A DNA stretch of 64,000 bases from Ranitomeya imitator. Lineage: Eukaryota. The DNA lies in assembly GCF_032444005.1 (NCBI RefSeq), contig NC_091283.1, positions 307,272,001 through 307,336,000 on the forward strand, written 5' to 3'. Below the pieces are notes generated by a model. It worked only from the letters and a program-made list of their open reading frames with translations. It made no database searches and had not been told where the DNA came from. Below, one piece after another: positions 48,287-61,496 of this stretch. Position 1 is the first letter of the stretch. Each line of letters opens with the position of its first letter. The position numbers and the translations under genes were made by a program.

Positions 48287-48955
48287 TGTTAGAAAAAGTA
48301 ACCGTTCCTTATTTTTTCAAGTAATACGGTGAGAGTAGGAAAGATAAGCAAAATTGAATTGTGTGGATAAAACAAGTCTTATTTAATGTCCATTCAAAAA
48401 GTGATTACAAAAATGAAGAAAAAGTAAGTTTATCAGTTCATAGCACACAAATCAAGTATTAGATTATAAGAGAAAAATTAAGCATAGGTCTTACGTATGT
48501 CTTTGAGGCATGATGTGGTCCATGTGGAGAGTTCTCAAGGAATGAGAAAGTCTGCCCCCTACTGGTGCTGGGTCTACCCTTATATACTCTTTTGACCCAT
48601 AGACTTCCATTGGTTACTATCTTTTCCTACCTCCTAGCCACATAAGGTGATCTACCTGGTACTATATCCATAGCTTATACCATATTAGCAAAACCTAGTA
48701 ATTTGCAAACATACATTGGCTCTTTACATTACTTCATGGTACATCCTAAATATAATTTGCTTTGGTTACGGGTAACCTAAGCAATCCACATATAGATACA
48801 GTTTGACAACCCCACTCATTAGTTTTGACATACAAACAACAGATGCGAAAGCCAAGGTCTTCAGGATAGCTGACACACACACTAGAGTTCAGAGCTACTG
48901 TTCAATAATTGATCGTTGCATTATTTTATTATTTTTATTATATTATTATTTTACA
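48287..48955 (-). repeat. 5' LTR (669 bp)
   Basis: TGTTAGAAAAAG...ATTTTACA; followed on the minus strand by TTT-TGGCAAGCC at the expected PBS position. Confidence 0.95.
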
Positions 48956-49280
48956 GTGTTCAAGGTGTACGGAGTGGAGCCGTGTGTGTACGAGGTGTAT
49001 AGAGTGGAGCCGTGTGTACAATGTGTACGGAGCGGAGCCGTGTGTGTACAAGGTGTACGGAGCGGCGCCTTGTGTGTATGAGGTGTACGAAGCAGAGCCG
49101 TGTGTGTACGAGGTGTACGGAGCAGAGCCGTGTGTACGAGGTGGATGGAGCAGAGCAATGTGTGTACGAGGTGGACGGAGTGGAGCCGCATGTGTACGAG
49201 GTGTATGGATTGGAGCCATGTGTGTACGAGGTGGATGGACCAGAGCATTTTGTGTACGAGGTGTAAGGAGCGGAGCCGTG
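48956..49280. repeat. 30-bp minisatellite (right part, more diverged)
   Basis: Same GTGTGTACGAGGTGTACGGAGC unit as 41135-41420. Confidence 0.9.
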
Positions 49281-49666
49281 ATTACAATCAGCCTTTGGGG
49301 GCTAAATGGTTTTCTATCCTTGACCTTAGAGGGCTTATAATTTGATACGCATCAAGAAGGTTGATGTGTGGTGATGGGAGAGCGTGCTCAGTATTTGATC
49401 GAGTATCCGGGTATTTGGGGGTCACACTCACGTGTTTACCACCTATTAGACAGCCAAAAAACACTCAGGGATTGCCCGCCATACACAGTAATGACATAAA
49501 CATGTTGGCTACTGGCATTACTGTGACTGCCCGCCGCATAGTACCATTAAGTCTGTATAAGACCTGGTGACGCCATGTTTGGATCATTGTACACGGACAT
49601 AGTGTAGGGAGAGTTTCTGCTGGTGTTACATTAAACCAACAGCCCTTTTCCAGACTAACTCAAATA

Positions 49667-50745
49667 CAAGTGATTCTCACAAAATTAGAATATCATCAAA
49701 AAGTTAATTTATTTCTGTTCTTCAATACAAAAAGTGAAACTCATATTATCTAGAGTTATTACAAACAAAGTGATCTATTTCACGTATTTATTTATGTTAA
49801 TGTTGATGATTATGGCTTACAGCCAATGAAAACCCATAAGTCATTATCTCAGTAAATTAGAATAATTAACAAAAAACACCTGCAAAGGCTTCCTAAGCGT
49901 TTAAAAAGGTCCCATAGTCTGTCTCAGTAGCTCCACAATCATGGGGAAGACTGCTGACTTGACAGATGTCCAGAAGGCAGTCACTGACACACTCCACAAG
50001 GAGGGTAAGCCACAAAAGGCCATTGCTAATGAAGCTGGCTGTTCACAGAGTGCTGTATCCAAGCATATTAATGGGAAGTTGAGTGGAAGAAAAAAGTGTG
50101 GTAAAAAAAAGGTGCACAAGCAATCGGGATAACCGCAGCTTTGAAAGGATTGCTACGAAAAGGCCACTCATAAAATTGGGGAAATTCACAAGGAGTGGAC
50201 TGCTGCTGGAGTCGCTCGTTCAAGAGCCACCACACACAGACATCTCCAGGACATGGGCTACAAGTGTCGCATTCCTTGTCTCAAGCCACTAGTGACCAAT
50301 AGACAACGCCAGAAGAGTCTTACCTGATCCAAGGAGAAAAAGAACTGGACTGTTGTCAGTGATCCAAGGTGTTGCTTTCAGATGAAAGTAAATTTTCCAT
50401 TTCATTTGGAAATCGAGGTCCCAGAGTCTGGAGGAAGAGTGGAGAGGCCACAATCCAAGCTGCTTGAGGTTTGGTGGGAAGTACCACAATCAGTGATGGT
50501 TTGGGGAGTCATGTCATCTGCTGGTGTAGGTCCACTGTTTTATCAAGACCGAAGTCAGTGCAGCCGTCTACCAGGAAACTTTAGAGCATTTCATGCTTCC
50601 CTTGCTTTTTGGAGATTAAAATTTCATTCTCCAGCAGGACTTGACACCTGTCCACACTGCAAGAAGTACCAATACTTGGTTTACAAACAACAGTATCACT
50701 GTGCTTGATTGGCAGCAAACTCGCCTGACCTTAGCCCCACAGAGC
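49667..50745 (+). mobile_element. Tc1 transposon, 3'-truncated, with a degraded transposase from 49941
   Basis: TA-CAAGTGATTCTCACAAAATTAGAATATC terminus; MGKTADLTDVQKAVTDTLHKEGKPQKAIANEAGCSQSAVSKHI helix-turn-helix; FSDESKF and SPDLSPTE motifs. Confidence 0.9.
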
Positions 50746-51032
50746 TGAGCTGTGGAGTCTATAGTTTTGACTTGAGATGTGGATACTGTATATATATTTT
50801 TAAACATGTCTTTCCCTCTTGCGGGCAGCATGTGCAGATGGCCGTGTGTATCCTTTGTAGACACCCATATATTTTGCAATTAATATCTTATGATGTGTGT
50901 ATGCATCTATATATTCATCTTCTGAAGTGCAGGCAGTATTTGCATATCAATAATTTGCATATTTTACTTACATTTTCTGCTGCATTAAAGGGACACAAAA
51001 GCCTCTCAGTATAGCTTGCTACCAGTCCCCTT

Positions 51033-52989
51033 TGTTACAGCTGCGAACGCAGACGCATCCACGTCGCCAGACCACGATGACGTGGGGTGAGCGTCCCAGG
51101 TGGGAATGGAATGTGGACCCACTGGACCACAGAAGGGAACCTGGACCTATCCAGACTAGGGAAGGGCAGTGAGCAGGGACTGTGGCAGCTGAGCTTGTGG
51201 ACAAGATGGTGACATGCAGAACTAGATAACACCGCACAATATCAGGTAAGAAAGATAAAGTTTACTCTAACAAAATCACAGTACATAAACAGAACATAAC
51301 TATGCCAGGCTCCAGATTACTCACGTCAAGAAAGGGTACATGTCTCTGGGAAACAGACGAAGGCAGGAGAACATCACGGATTGATGCTGTCCAGGGTTAT
51401 GTGGCACGAGCATACTAGGATGGCCTCTCTCTCAGGCTTCAGCGGGAGAACATCAGACACCGACCTCGGACAGACATCAGACAATAGCATGGGTCATCAC
51501 AGGTTGATGTAATCCAGGGTCATCTGGCACGGGCATACTAGGACTGCCTCTCTATCAGGCCTTAAGCATAGCACAGGCTCAGCAGGATAACATCAGACAC
51601 CGACCCAGGACAGACATTACAGTGTGGACCCCGGGGTACCAGCGGGACATCGGGACACAGGCAGAACATCTGGACACAGGCTGGACATATGCTGTGCATC
51701 TGAACATCAGGACACAGGCTGGACATCTGGACACAGGCTGGACATCAGGACATCTGGAAACGGGCTGGACATCAGGACATCTGAACACAGGCTGAACATC
51801 AGGGCACAGACTGGACATCAGGACATTGGACACAGGCAGGACATTGGAGCACTAGCATGACATCGGGACACCGCTGTGCTGGCCTAGGTCATCAGCTGGG
51901 ACACGGATGGCACAGATCCAGTCAGCGGTGGTTGGTCTCCGGGAACCAGACATTGGACACCATCTCCAGACAGTGGCTGTCAGGTCTCTAACTACGGCTG
52001 TCAGGCTCCAGGAATCGGACCTAGGAAGGTACTCAGGCTGGAATGTGCCAGCACCGCCGAGTTGGACTGGGGCCAGACTGAGTTAGCACTGCATAGCAGG
52101 CTGAGCACAGCATAGTAAAAGCTCAGCAAAAACACCGGATTCCATCTTCAAAGGACGAACCCAGGTTAGTTCACAGTCACTGGGTACAGGGTTTCAGACA
52201 CAGAGGGACTTCAGGAACATAACACAGAGGACACAGTTCAGACAGGGTACAGGAATGGAAACAGGATCAAGGGTTTGTACCTGAGAATTCAGCCCTCAAG
52301 GAGGCGGAAAACAAAACACAACAGAAACGGGCCTGGATTTGTAGCCTCCAGGAAAGGCGGATCTGGGTACTCAGCCCCCAGAGCAGGCGGAAAAACAAGA
52401 CACAAACAGAAACGGATCTGGGTACTCAGCCCCCAGAGCAGGCGGAAGAACAGGGGTCAGCTTTCCCAGAACTGAATGCAGACAGAACAGGAGCTGAACA
52501 CCGCACACACATGGCAAGACTCAGATTTATTGTAAAGCTCTGGCAACGCCCAACAGGAAAGAGGGAGTTTATGTAGGAGCTGCCCCTCAAGAATAGGCTG
52601 GGGAAGGCAACTCAGGTGCACACACTAACCCTAATAAAAGCAGGGAAGGTGTGGCCACGACCACCCTAAGCACAAACAGAAACCATTACAGAACAGTTAA
52701 CACAGGAACTGAGGCTTAGGGCACCTGACAGCGGCTGCAAGCCTGGACACATGTGGAAAGTCATGCACCAGCTGCAGAGGGCCTTGCAATACGTGGATAG
52801 CTTCCACAGCGGCAGCCAGAAACCGCACATGCGGATGGTCATGCAGCAGAGCAAAGCCATCACAACACATGTACAGCTACACAGAGGAGCAGGGAACTGA
52901 GCTGCATCCATACAGGTAACAGACAACAGTATCCCTGCTAGTTAGGCGGAGAGGAGCAAAGGGTTAAAGCAGAGACATGCAGAGTAACA
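51033..52989. mobile_element. LTR-like repeat (~1.95 kb) with an internal minisatellite
   Basis: TGTTAC...GTAACA termini; GGACATC-type repeats at ~51640-51870; a ~35-bp duplication at ~52358 and ~52414. No TSD found. Confidence 0.45.
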
Positions 52990-54499
52990 CCGGAGAAACA
53001 AGGTACAAACCCACTGGCATTACATCCTCTAAAGAAGAAAATTGAGTTTTCCAAAACGTGTAAGACTAGGACTGGTTTTCTTGCTCTGTGGACTATGTGA
53101 CGTCACACGCTGCTGTACCTGTGCCCGTATTGCATTGGTTTTTGTGTTCAGACATGTCACCGTCCAGGCCCGCCTGTTCGCTACATTGCAGCTCTACTTG
53201 CTTCTTTATTTCACCAAGGACCTCCGTACAGCACTGAGTGCAGCTCTTGTTTCAAGTGGATGCAGCTAAGAACTTTGCTGGACTGCATAGCGGGGAATGG
53301 GGTAATTACATACTTCATTACTGTATAGTGTTTCCTCTGTTTGTTGAGGTTTTTAATGTGTAGCTGAATGTGTGAAGGAACAAATTAAGAAAGATTCTCC
53401 ATTTTGTGCTTTGACTCCATTTTCTTGTTGGTTAAAGATAAATTCTTGTTTTTCTTAAGTCTGTTATTCAACTAGGCTATGGTTCATAATTGGTATAAAG
53501 ACCTTGAGTGTTCTGACTCCTGCCAGGGAGGGGACTCTGGGGTGTATCGCTATACAAGACTGAGGCACCTGTTAGTATGTCTTTTCTATGCCAAAAAGAC
53601 ACGACCATATCTGTAGTTTCCGTTTTTTTCTGTATCCTCATGGGTTAAGTTTTTCCTGCATTCTTATAGGTTAAGAACTGTGAGCGTGTTCTTATGCTGA
53701 TTGGTTGAAGTATAATTTCTATGACTATGAAAAGTCATACACAATAAACGGGGGCCAGAGATCTGCTTGATCCCCCATACAGAGGCACATGTCTCCGTAT
53801 GGTCATTTTCAGTTGCCGGCAAAGCCCTGTAGATTAATTTGGAAATCACTGAGTTAACCGTGAAGGATCACTTTAGATCCTCCCTCAACAAATGCATATT
53901 GGCACATACGCTAAGATGGCAGGGCGGGCAGATTAGGCTGATCTCCATACTTTAATTTTTATAAATCACCTGTTTGCAACCTGGTTTGTCACTACCCCAA
54001 AGTTTGCTATTCGGTGTACAGTGCACACAAACTACCTCATATTGTGTTTTTATTGGTTTTCATTTACATATATACCTAGTGTGCTGTTGATGTACTGTAT
54101 ACATAAAGTTTTTTACAATTTAGCATACTCGCTGTGAGTCCTATGTGTTCCTGGGAGTCTGGGACCGACATAATAGTGAGAAAGGTGTATACCTATTTAT
54201 GGTTTCTTGAGTGTATCTTATGTAAATTTGTAGACGTTTGACTGGGTGTGCAATATACCTGTTTGCAGCTTTTGTTTTCTCCCATAGGCTGTCCTTCTCT
54301 GAAGGCTTTTAGCACAGGTGTTTCTCATTTCGTCTAATTGGAAACCCCCCAAAAAATATTTGGTGCGGGCACAGAAGAGCATATCTCACAATTTTGCATC
54401 CCTTACAAAATAATTTTCCTCCTATTGACGCACATTGATTGTCTTTTGATTGCACCTATAAAGAATGATGCCAGCAAAAACTGCCCACCCAAACATGAT

Positions 54500-55070
54500 A
54501 GGATACCCTCACATTGAATTCCACCACATATGCAGTATGATGACCCTCCTGTACCACCAACCTCAACTCCCCTGGAAAACTGTGGTGACCCCAACACTGT
54601 ATGATACCCAACTGTCCAAATATGACCCCCACATAGCCCTACATACATTATAATGGCCCACAGACAGTATAATGGCCCCAACACAACCATCCACACTGTG
54701 TTATGGCCCCGCTAGCCCTTAAAACAATATAATCCACTCTACACAGCCTTCCAAACAGCATAAAAGCTCCTTCCCAGCCCTCCGCACGTTACGATGGACC
54801 CCACATAAACCTTCACAATTTAATTACTCGCATTCATTATAATAGCCTTTCAAACAGTATAATGGGCTCTACATAGCCCTGAACACAGTATAATGGCCCC
54901 CACAAAGTGCTAAAAAAAGTATAATGGCCTTGCAAACAGTACAATGGCCCCCACATATCCCTTCAAATAGTATAATGTTACCACATAGTCCACTATATAG
55001 TATAATGGCCACCACATTGCCTTCCATTTAGTATAATAGTCCACACATACAATATAATGGGCCACAATGT
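54500..55070. repeat. Degenerate minisatellite (CAGTATAATGGCCCCCACA-like unit)
   Basis: Repeated GTATAATGGCC motif; probably internal to a non-autonomous DNA element. Confidence 0.6.
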
Positions 55071-56124
55071 ACTCACTGATTTAAAATAATAAAATACTCA
55101 ACTCTCCTGGTTTCCCCGCTTCTCCAGTCTCCATAGTCTGTGCTCTGAAACTCTTCACTTCTCAGCACAGCGACACAATTAAATGACGCACCTACAAAGG
55201 GAGAATGATGGTGACGGTTTCCCTATTTCATCATTGCTTTCAACTGTACTGGCATCCAGGATGCCGATACAATTCAACCTACGATGTTGGGTGGGACCCT
55301 CTGCCTCACAGACCCCATAGCAGCTGCAAGGTTTGTGCCATTGGCGGTGCGGCACTGCTTCCAAGAACATTCTAGTCACCTCAGTACTCATCTGTCCAGA
55401 TTGGAGTTGATTCAGGAAGATCCTCGCAGAAGTAACTCCAATCTAGCGACAAAGAAGGAGAAAATGGTCAGCTCAGCCACATATAGAAGATCCATGAAGA
55501 GGAAACGTGTGGTGCCACAGGAAAAAGGTAGGTACAGAAATTCCAGCATCCAAATCTTTATAAAACACTATTGAAAAAAATATTTATAAGGTCACAAGTC
55601 CAGTAACCGTCTGTTACACGCAAACACGTTTCCGACTGCTGTCTTTATTCATTGCACATACAATTGTGAATTGGTCACAAACATGATCAAACATGACCAA
55701 TCACAAGGAAAGAAGGTCACAGCAGGTAACAAAGAACTTCAGTAAAAAAGAGATTTGAAAACATGATAATCAGGGGTGCACAAAAAATGATGGGGCCGAG
55801 AAGAGCAGATCTCACTTTACAGCACTTACAGAGTAATTTTCCTCCTAATGAAGCCCTAGATTCCCCTTTAATTGCTCCTATAAAGTGTGATGCCAACTAA
55901 ATTGCCCCCAAACACAGTAAGATACCCCCAAAATAAATTCCAACAGAGTACTCTCCGCATGCACAGTATGATGATCCTACTGTACATGGGGCTGGAACAA
56001 GGCATTTTGTTGCCCTAGGCAGTTGAAGCCGATGCCCCCACCCACATGAACCCTCATCCCCATGTAAAGAAATAGGTCGGAGACTAATTTAACCCCTTAG
56101 TGACAGAGCCAATTTGGTATTTAA

Positions 56125-58033
56125 CCCCTTTACCCCAATGGTGGTTTGCACGTTAATGACCAAGCCAATTTTTACAATTCTGACCACTGTCCCTTTATGA
56201 GGTTATAACTCTGGAACACTTCAACGGATCCCGTTGATTCTGACAATATTTTCTCGTGACATATTGTACTTCTTGATAGTGGTAAAATTTCTTTGATATT
56301 ACCTGCGTTTATTTGTGAAAAAAAAAAACGGAAATTTGGCGAAAATTTTGAAAATTTCGCAATTTTCCAACTTTTAATTTTTATGCAATTAAATCACAGA
56401 GATATGTCACACAAAATACATAATAAATAACATTTCCCACATATCTAATTTACATTAGCACAATTTTGGAACCAAAATTTATTTTTGTTAGGGAGTTAAC
56501 GGTTAAAAGCTGACCAGCAATTTCTCATTTTTACAACACCATTTTTTTAGGGACCAAATCTCATTTAAAGTCATTTTTAGGGGTCTATATGATAGAAAAT
56601 ACCCAAGTGTGACACCATTCTAAAAACTGCACCCCTCCAGGTGCTCAAAACCACATTCAAGAAGTTTATTAACCCTTCAGGTGTTTCACAGGAATTTTTG
56701 GAATGTTTAAATAAAAATGAACATTGAACATTTAACTTTTTTTTTCACAAAAAATTTATTTCAGCTCCAATTTGTTTTATTTTACCGAGGGTAACAGGAG
56801 AAAATGGACCCCAAAAGTTGTTGTACAATTTGTCCTGAGTACGCTGATACCCCATATGTGGGGTAAACCACTGTTTGGGCGCAAGGGAAAGCTCGGAAGG
56901 GAAGGAGCGCCATTTGACTTTTCAATGCAAAATTTACAGGAATTTAGATGGGACGCCATGTTGCGTTTGGAGAGCCACTGATGTGCCTAAACATTGAAAC
57001 CCCCCACAAGTGACACCATTTTGGAAAGTAGACCACCTAAGGAACTTATCTAGATGTGTGGTGAGTACTTTGACCCACCAAGTGCTTCACAGAAGTTTAT
57101 AATGCAGAGCCATAAAAATAAAAAATCATATTTTTTTACAAAAATGATCTTTTTGCCCCCAATTTTTTATTTTCCCAAGAGTAAGAGAAGAAATTGGATG
57201 CCAAAAGTTGTTGTACAATTTGTACTGAGTACGCTGATACCCCATATGTGGGGGTAAACCACTGTTTGGGCGCATGGCAGAGCTCGGAAGGGAAGGAGCG
57301 CCATTTGACTTTTCAATGCAAAATTGACTGGAATTGAGATGGGACACCATGTTGCGTTTGGAGAGCCATTGATGTGCCTAAACATTGAAAGCCACCACAT
57401 GTGACACCATTTTGGAAAGTAGACCCCCTAAGGAACTCATCTAGATGTGTTGTGAGAGCTTTGAACCCCCAAGTGTTTCACTACAGTTTATAACGCAGAG
57501 CCGTGAAAATAAGAAAACAATTTCGCACAAAAATTATTTTTTAGCCCCCCGATTTGTATTTTCCCAAGGGTAGCAGGAGAAATTGGACCCCAAAAGTTGG
57601 TGTCCAATTTGTCCTGAGTACGCTAATATCCCATACGTGGGGGGAACCACCGTTTGGGCGCATGGGAGAGCTTGGAAGGGAAGGAGCGTCATTTGGAATG
57701 CAGACTTAGATGGAATGGTCTGCAGGCGTCACATTGCGTTTGCAGAGCCCCTAATGTACCTAAACAGTAGAAACCCCAAACAAGTGACCCCATAATGGAA
57801 ACTAGACCCCCCAAGGAACTTATCTAGATGTGTTGTGAGAACTTTGAACCCCCAAGTGTTTCACTACAGTTTATAATGCAGAGCCGTGAAAAAAAAAATC
57901 CTTTTTTTTCCACAAAAATTATTATTTAGCCCCAGTTTTGTATTTTCCCAAGAGTAACAGGAGAAATTGGACACCAAAAGTTGTTGTCCAATGTGTCCTG
58001 AGTACGCTGATACCCCATATGTTGGGGTAAACC
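56125..58033 (-). mobile_element. Truncated right end of the same piggyBac-like family as 6986-11807, opposite orientation
   Basis: TTAA (56121-56124)-CCCCTTTACCCC, then the reverse complement of 11807 back into the ~388-bp array (~3 units, ~56770-58033). Confidence 0.9.
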
Positions 58034-59399
58034 CAGGGCCGTATTTAGAGTTTGTGCTGCCCTAGGCACTTTTCATGCTGCCTCCTCCATTGGTGAGTAT
58101 GACTAATGTAGACACTGTCGGCAGTGACTTAGGCTACTTTCACATCACCGATTTTTGCCATTCACGGCAGATCCGGCAGGCAACACAATGGGTCAGCATA
58201 GGCATTTTCCTTTTAACGGGAGCAAACCTGGGGAATGACAAAGGTTTGTCCAAATAGCAATAACAATTAACAGTAAATACCATAATATTAATATACAACA
58301 AGATGCAAACATGAGAATGGACACCAGAGATAAGTGGGGCCAAATTCACTCTGAAGCCGCTTATCCCTCCCTACAAGTGACCCCCACACCACGCCTGTCT
58401 CATTTGCAATTACAAAGCAAAAATGTGTGCAGATGGGAGTAGTAGACCTCACCTTCTTGATATTTCCAAGGCTAGCACTGCATGGCACAGGAAAGTTGAG
58501 GTAAATACAAGACGGTAGGAGGCAATTCACCAAAATGCTCTGCTTCTCCTCTTTGGCACAGAAGTCAACCGGGCAGTAAACTCCAGGCGGCGTCCTACCC
58601 TGTGGCTACCACCCCACCGGCCCTGTGGAGAAATCATACTGTATGTAATGTACAGTGGGCACATTACATACAGAACCAGAGACGACGTCCGGCCCAATAA
58701 CACCTTGCCCGTATGGCCCACTTATGGTCACCGCACCCAAGGCCACCTATGCAGCTATAGCTGTGAGGATGTACACGGGCAGAGCTGCCGTTCCAGAGTC
58801 TGGGAAAGCTGGGTAGAGTTATTGTGGCAAACGTTGCCATTTTTTGGGCTTAGTTTAGACTTTAAGAAGCTGCACAAACATCCCAACTATGACGCAGACC
58901 ATCACCGGACACCACAAACCATCTCAAGCTGATAATCCAAGTGGTCAGACCTGTCCTAGGAAGCCAGCGCTACCCGAGGAAGTCTGTCCCCCCACTACCA
59001 CCATCACGCAGGTATGTGATATTTCAGGTCTTAGAAAAAATGAATGGGAAGAATAAGAAAATGAAAACACCGCCATATTGATCCTTTAGTATGACAGCTA
59101 CCAGCAGAAGAAAAACATATATAGCAAGACCAAATCAGCAGGAGAAAAAGATGACGCCATAATGAGCATATAGTATGAAGGATGTCAGGCAAACAAAGGA
59201 AATCATACTGCTCAAAACAACAAAGGGCTCATGTGTCAGATCTCAGTGGATGAAAGGTTCAAGTTAAAAATTTTTGCTAAAATTAAATTGTAAATTTCGT
59301 TGTCAATAGAAACGAAAGTCATCAACAAGTGAGGGCCGGATCCTGGATCATTCGAAAATCAAAAGGAAAAAGAAAAAAAAAATACATGCAGGCAAATCC

Positions 59400-59720
59400 A
59401 GTGTGTGTGACATTTATCACTCAGCAGTGTGTGCAGCTGCTCCACATCTGGACAGGCTCCTGACGAGACAGCGGATTGTGTCCGGCCGGATCTCCCCCCA
59501 CATCTCGATCATGGCATCAGGGAGCTCCCGGACTGTGGCATTACTTGGTGGCAATTGCTGCACTGATCTAATATACGACATAAAACCCCAGAGACGGCAT
59601 TGGATTCAGATCTAGTGATATGAGAGGGCCAGACACTGGCATCAATGCCGCCATCATCCGTGAGCTGGCTACACCTGCTCACCACATGGGCATTATCTTG
59701 CACCAGGAGGAACACAGGGC
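59400..59720 (-). pseudogene. Tc1-family transposase C-terminal fragment
   Basis: FLLVQDNAH...DDGGIDASVWP resembles the QDNARPH...WPA.SPDLNPIE region. Confidence 0.7.
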
Positions 59721-59869
59721 TGACTGCACCATTTAAAGTCTAATTATGGCTCTCAGAATTTAATCTTGGTACGCAACACCATTACGGCACTGTTGGCATC
59801 TTTTGGAGGTTTATTTAACCCTCCTTGGAACTGCTTACCCGGGTCATCACTGAGTCTGACCCACTACAC

Positions 59870-60385
59870 AAGGCACAGGGTGGGCAGTATGATGGGTGAT
59901 GCCAGGCACAGGGTGGGCAGTATGATGGGTGATGCCAGGCACAGGGTGGACAGTATGATGGTTGATGCCAGGCACAGGGTGGGCAGGGTGATGGTTGATG
60001 CCAGGCACAGGGTGGGCAGGGTGATGGTTGATGCCAGGCACAGGGTGGGCAGGGAGATTTGTGATGCCAGGCACAGGGTGGGCAGGGTGATAAGTGACAG
60101 GTGATGCCAGGCACAGGGTCGGCAGAGTGATGGGTGATGCCAGGCCCAGGGTGGGTAGTATGAGGGTAATGCCAGGCACAGGGTGGGCAGTATGATGGGC
60201 GATGCCAGGCACAGGGTGGACAGTATGATGGGTGATGCCAGGCACAGAGTGAGCAGTATGATGGGTGATGCCAGGCACAGAGTGGGCAGGGTTATGAGTG
60301 ATGCCAGGCACAGGGTAGGCAGGGTGATAAGTGATGCCAAGCACAGGGTAGGCAGTGTGATGGGTGATGCCAGGCACAGGGTGGG
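59870..60385. repeat. 33-bp minisatellite, ~15 copies
   Basis: GATGCCAGGCACAGGGTGGGCAGTATGATGGGT unit (for example at 59898 and 59931). Confidence 0.95.
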
Positions 60386-61012
60386 TATCCCCATAATGTC
60401 CAAACCAGACCAGAGGCAGATATATATATATTACACCCCCCACCCCACTCACTATCTGGGATTGGGTGCAAACAATGCCAGTGCTGCTTCTGCTGTCTGT
60501 GCTCCAGCCTCCAGACAGAAACGAGCCTGAGGAGTCACTGACAGAGCCATGCAGCAAGCAGCGTGGGGGCAGGAGGGAGATCATGTTTACTCACTGTGTA
60601 CTGCTCTGCAGCTGTGAGTCCCAAGCCAACAATGTGTGTCCCAGCCAGGTCGGGAGACAGGGCACCACCATTCCTCCTCAGCCCCACCCCTGGTAAGTGG
60701 ACTGTGTGTCAGCAGGAAGTAGGGAGAGTCAGCACCAGCATCACCTGTACTGACTGCCGCTCTGCCGCCCCTGTCTTCAGGGATGCACCAACATCCTCTC
60801 CTCATTCACTCCTCAGTAGTGATTCGCTGGAGACCCAATCTCCCCACAGCAGCCGGAAGACTGAGGTGGGTGGGCGGGCCATGGGCGGGGCGACCCCGGA
60901 CTTTTGCAAAAAAAAATAAATTTTTTTTTTAAACTTGCTCAGGTGCCGCCCCCCTCGAATTGTCCCGCCCAAGGCACATGCCTTCAAGTGCCTAGTGGCA
61001 AATACAGCCCTG

Positions 61013-61496
61013 CTCCCTGCTGAGCTTCTCTGTGAAGTCCTCACAACTGATGTTGGTGTTCTAGATGTTATTTCTCTCTGTCCCCAGATGGTATGGATAG
61101 GACAAACCCGTATGACTGATGGCCTGAGGCTTTTTACAGGGACCCTACGACGCCCCAGCCCCCACAAGTTGCCACTGTGCCTCCTGGGTGTAAGGTCAGG
61201 CAGCTAACGTGGAATTAACTGTCCTGCCGGTCTCTGAAGCAAAGCTTGGAGACGATTGCTTCCTCAGTGTTCCGGCCACCAGCTTCTGCGCCTCAGAAGG
61301 AGGCAGCCTTTTGCAGGGCACAAATCCTTATGGTTTTCCTCTCTTTGTGCTATGACTTTGTTTCTCACCCGCTACAATACAATTCCCTTTCGTGTCCTTC
61401 CTTAGGATGCTGCCGCACATGGGGCAGGCGCAGCTCCTTGACCCTCTGTCTAGGCCTCTGACAGGATCCCACCCTTGTCCAGGACCTCTCTGTCTA
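61013..61496. repeat. Partial older LTR related to 61497-62520
   Basis: Diverged match to ~61800-62290 (TAGTCCTCACAAC; AATTAACTGTCCTGCCG; TTCGTGTCCTT). Confidence 0.6.

Larger units (their letters stand above)
41421..48955 (-). mobile_element. Endogenous retrovirus-like provirus with dual RNase H (lokiretrovirus-like by inference)
   Basis: LTRs at 41421-42434 (with insert) and 48287-48955, TG...CA; 5-bp TSD GTGTT; PPT AGGGGGGAA at 42435-42443; gag, pro-pol and env order; about five substitutions between LTRs counted by eye. Confidence 0.9.
58034..61012. mobile_element. hAT-like composite bounded by CAGGGCCGTATTT / AAATACAGCCCTG
   Basis: 13-bp imperfect inverted termini beginning CAGGG; the 8-bp flanks do not match. 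Confidence 0.5.

Noticed and set aside
53000-54340. Possible host exons
   Set aside because: No coherent ORF or splice chain that I can support; left unannotated.
55606-55645. Hammerhead-like GGAAACG motif on the minus strand
   Set aside because: No CUGANGA core and no convincing stems.
59766-60584. His/Pro- and Cys-rich repetitive ORFs
   Set aside because: Artefacts of the 33-bp minisatellite.
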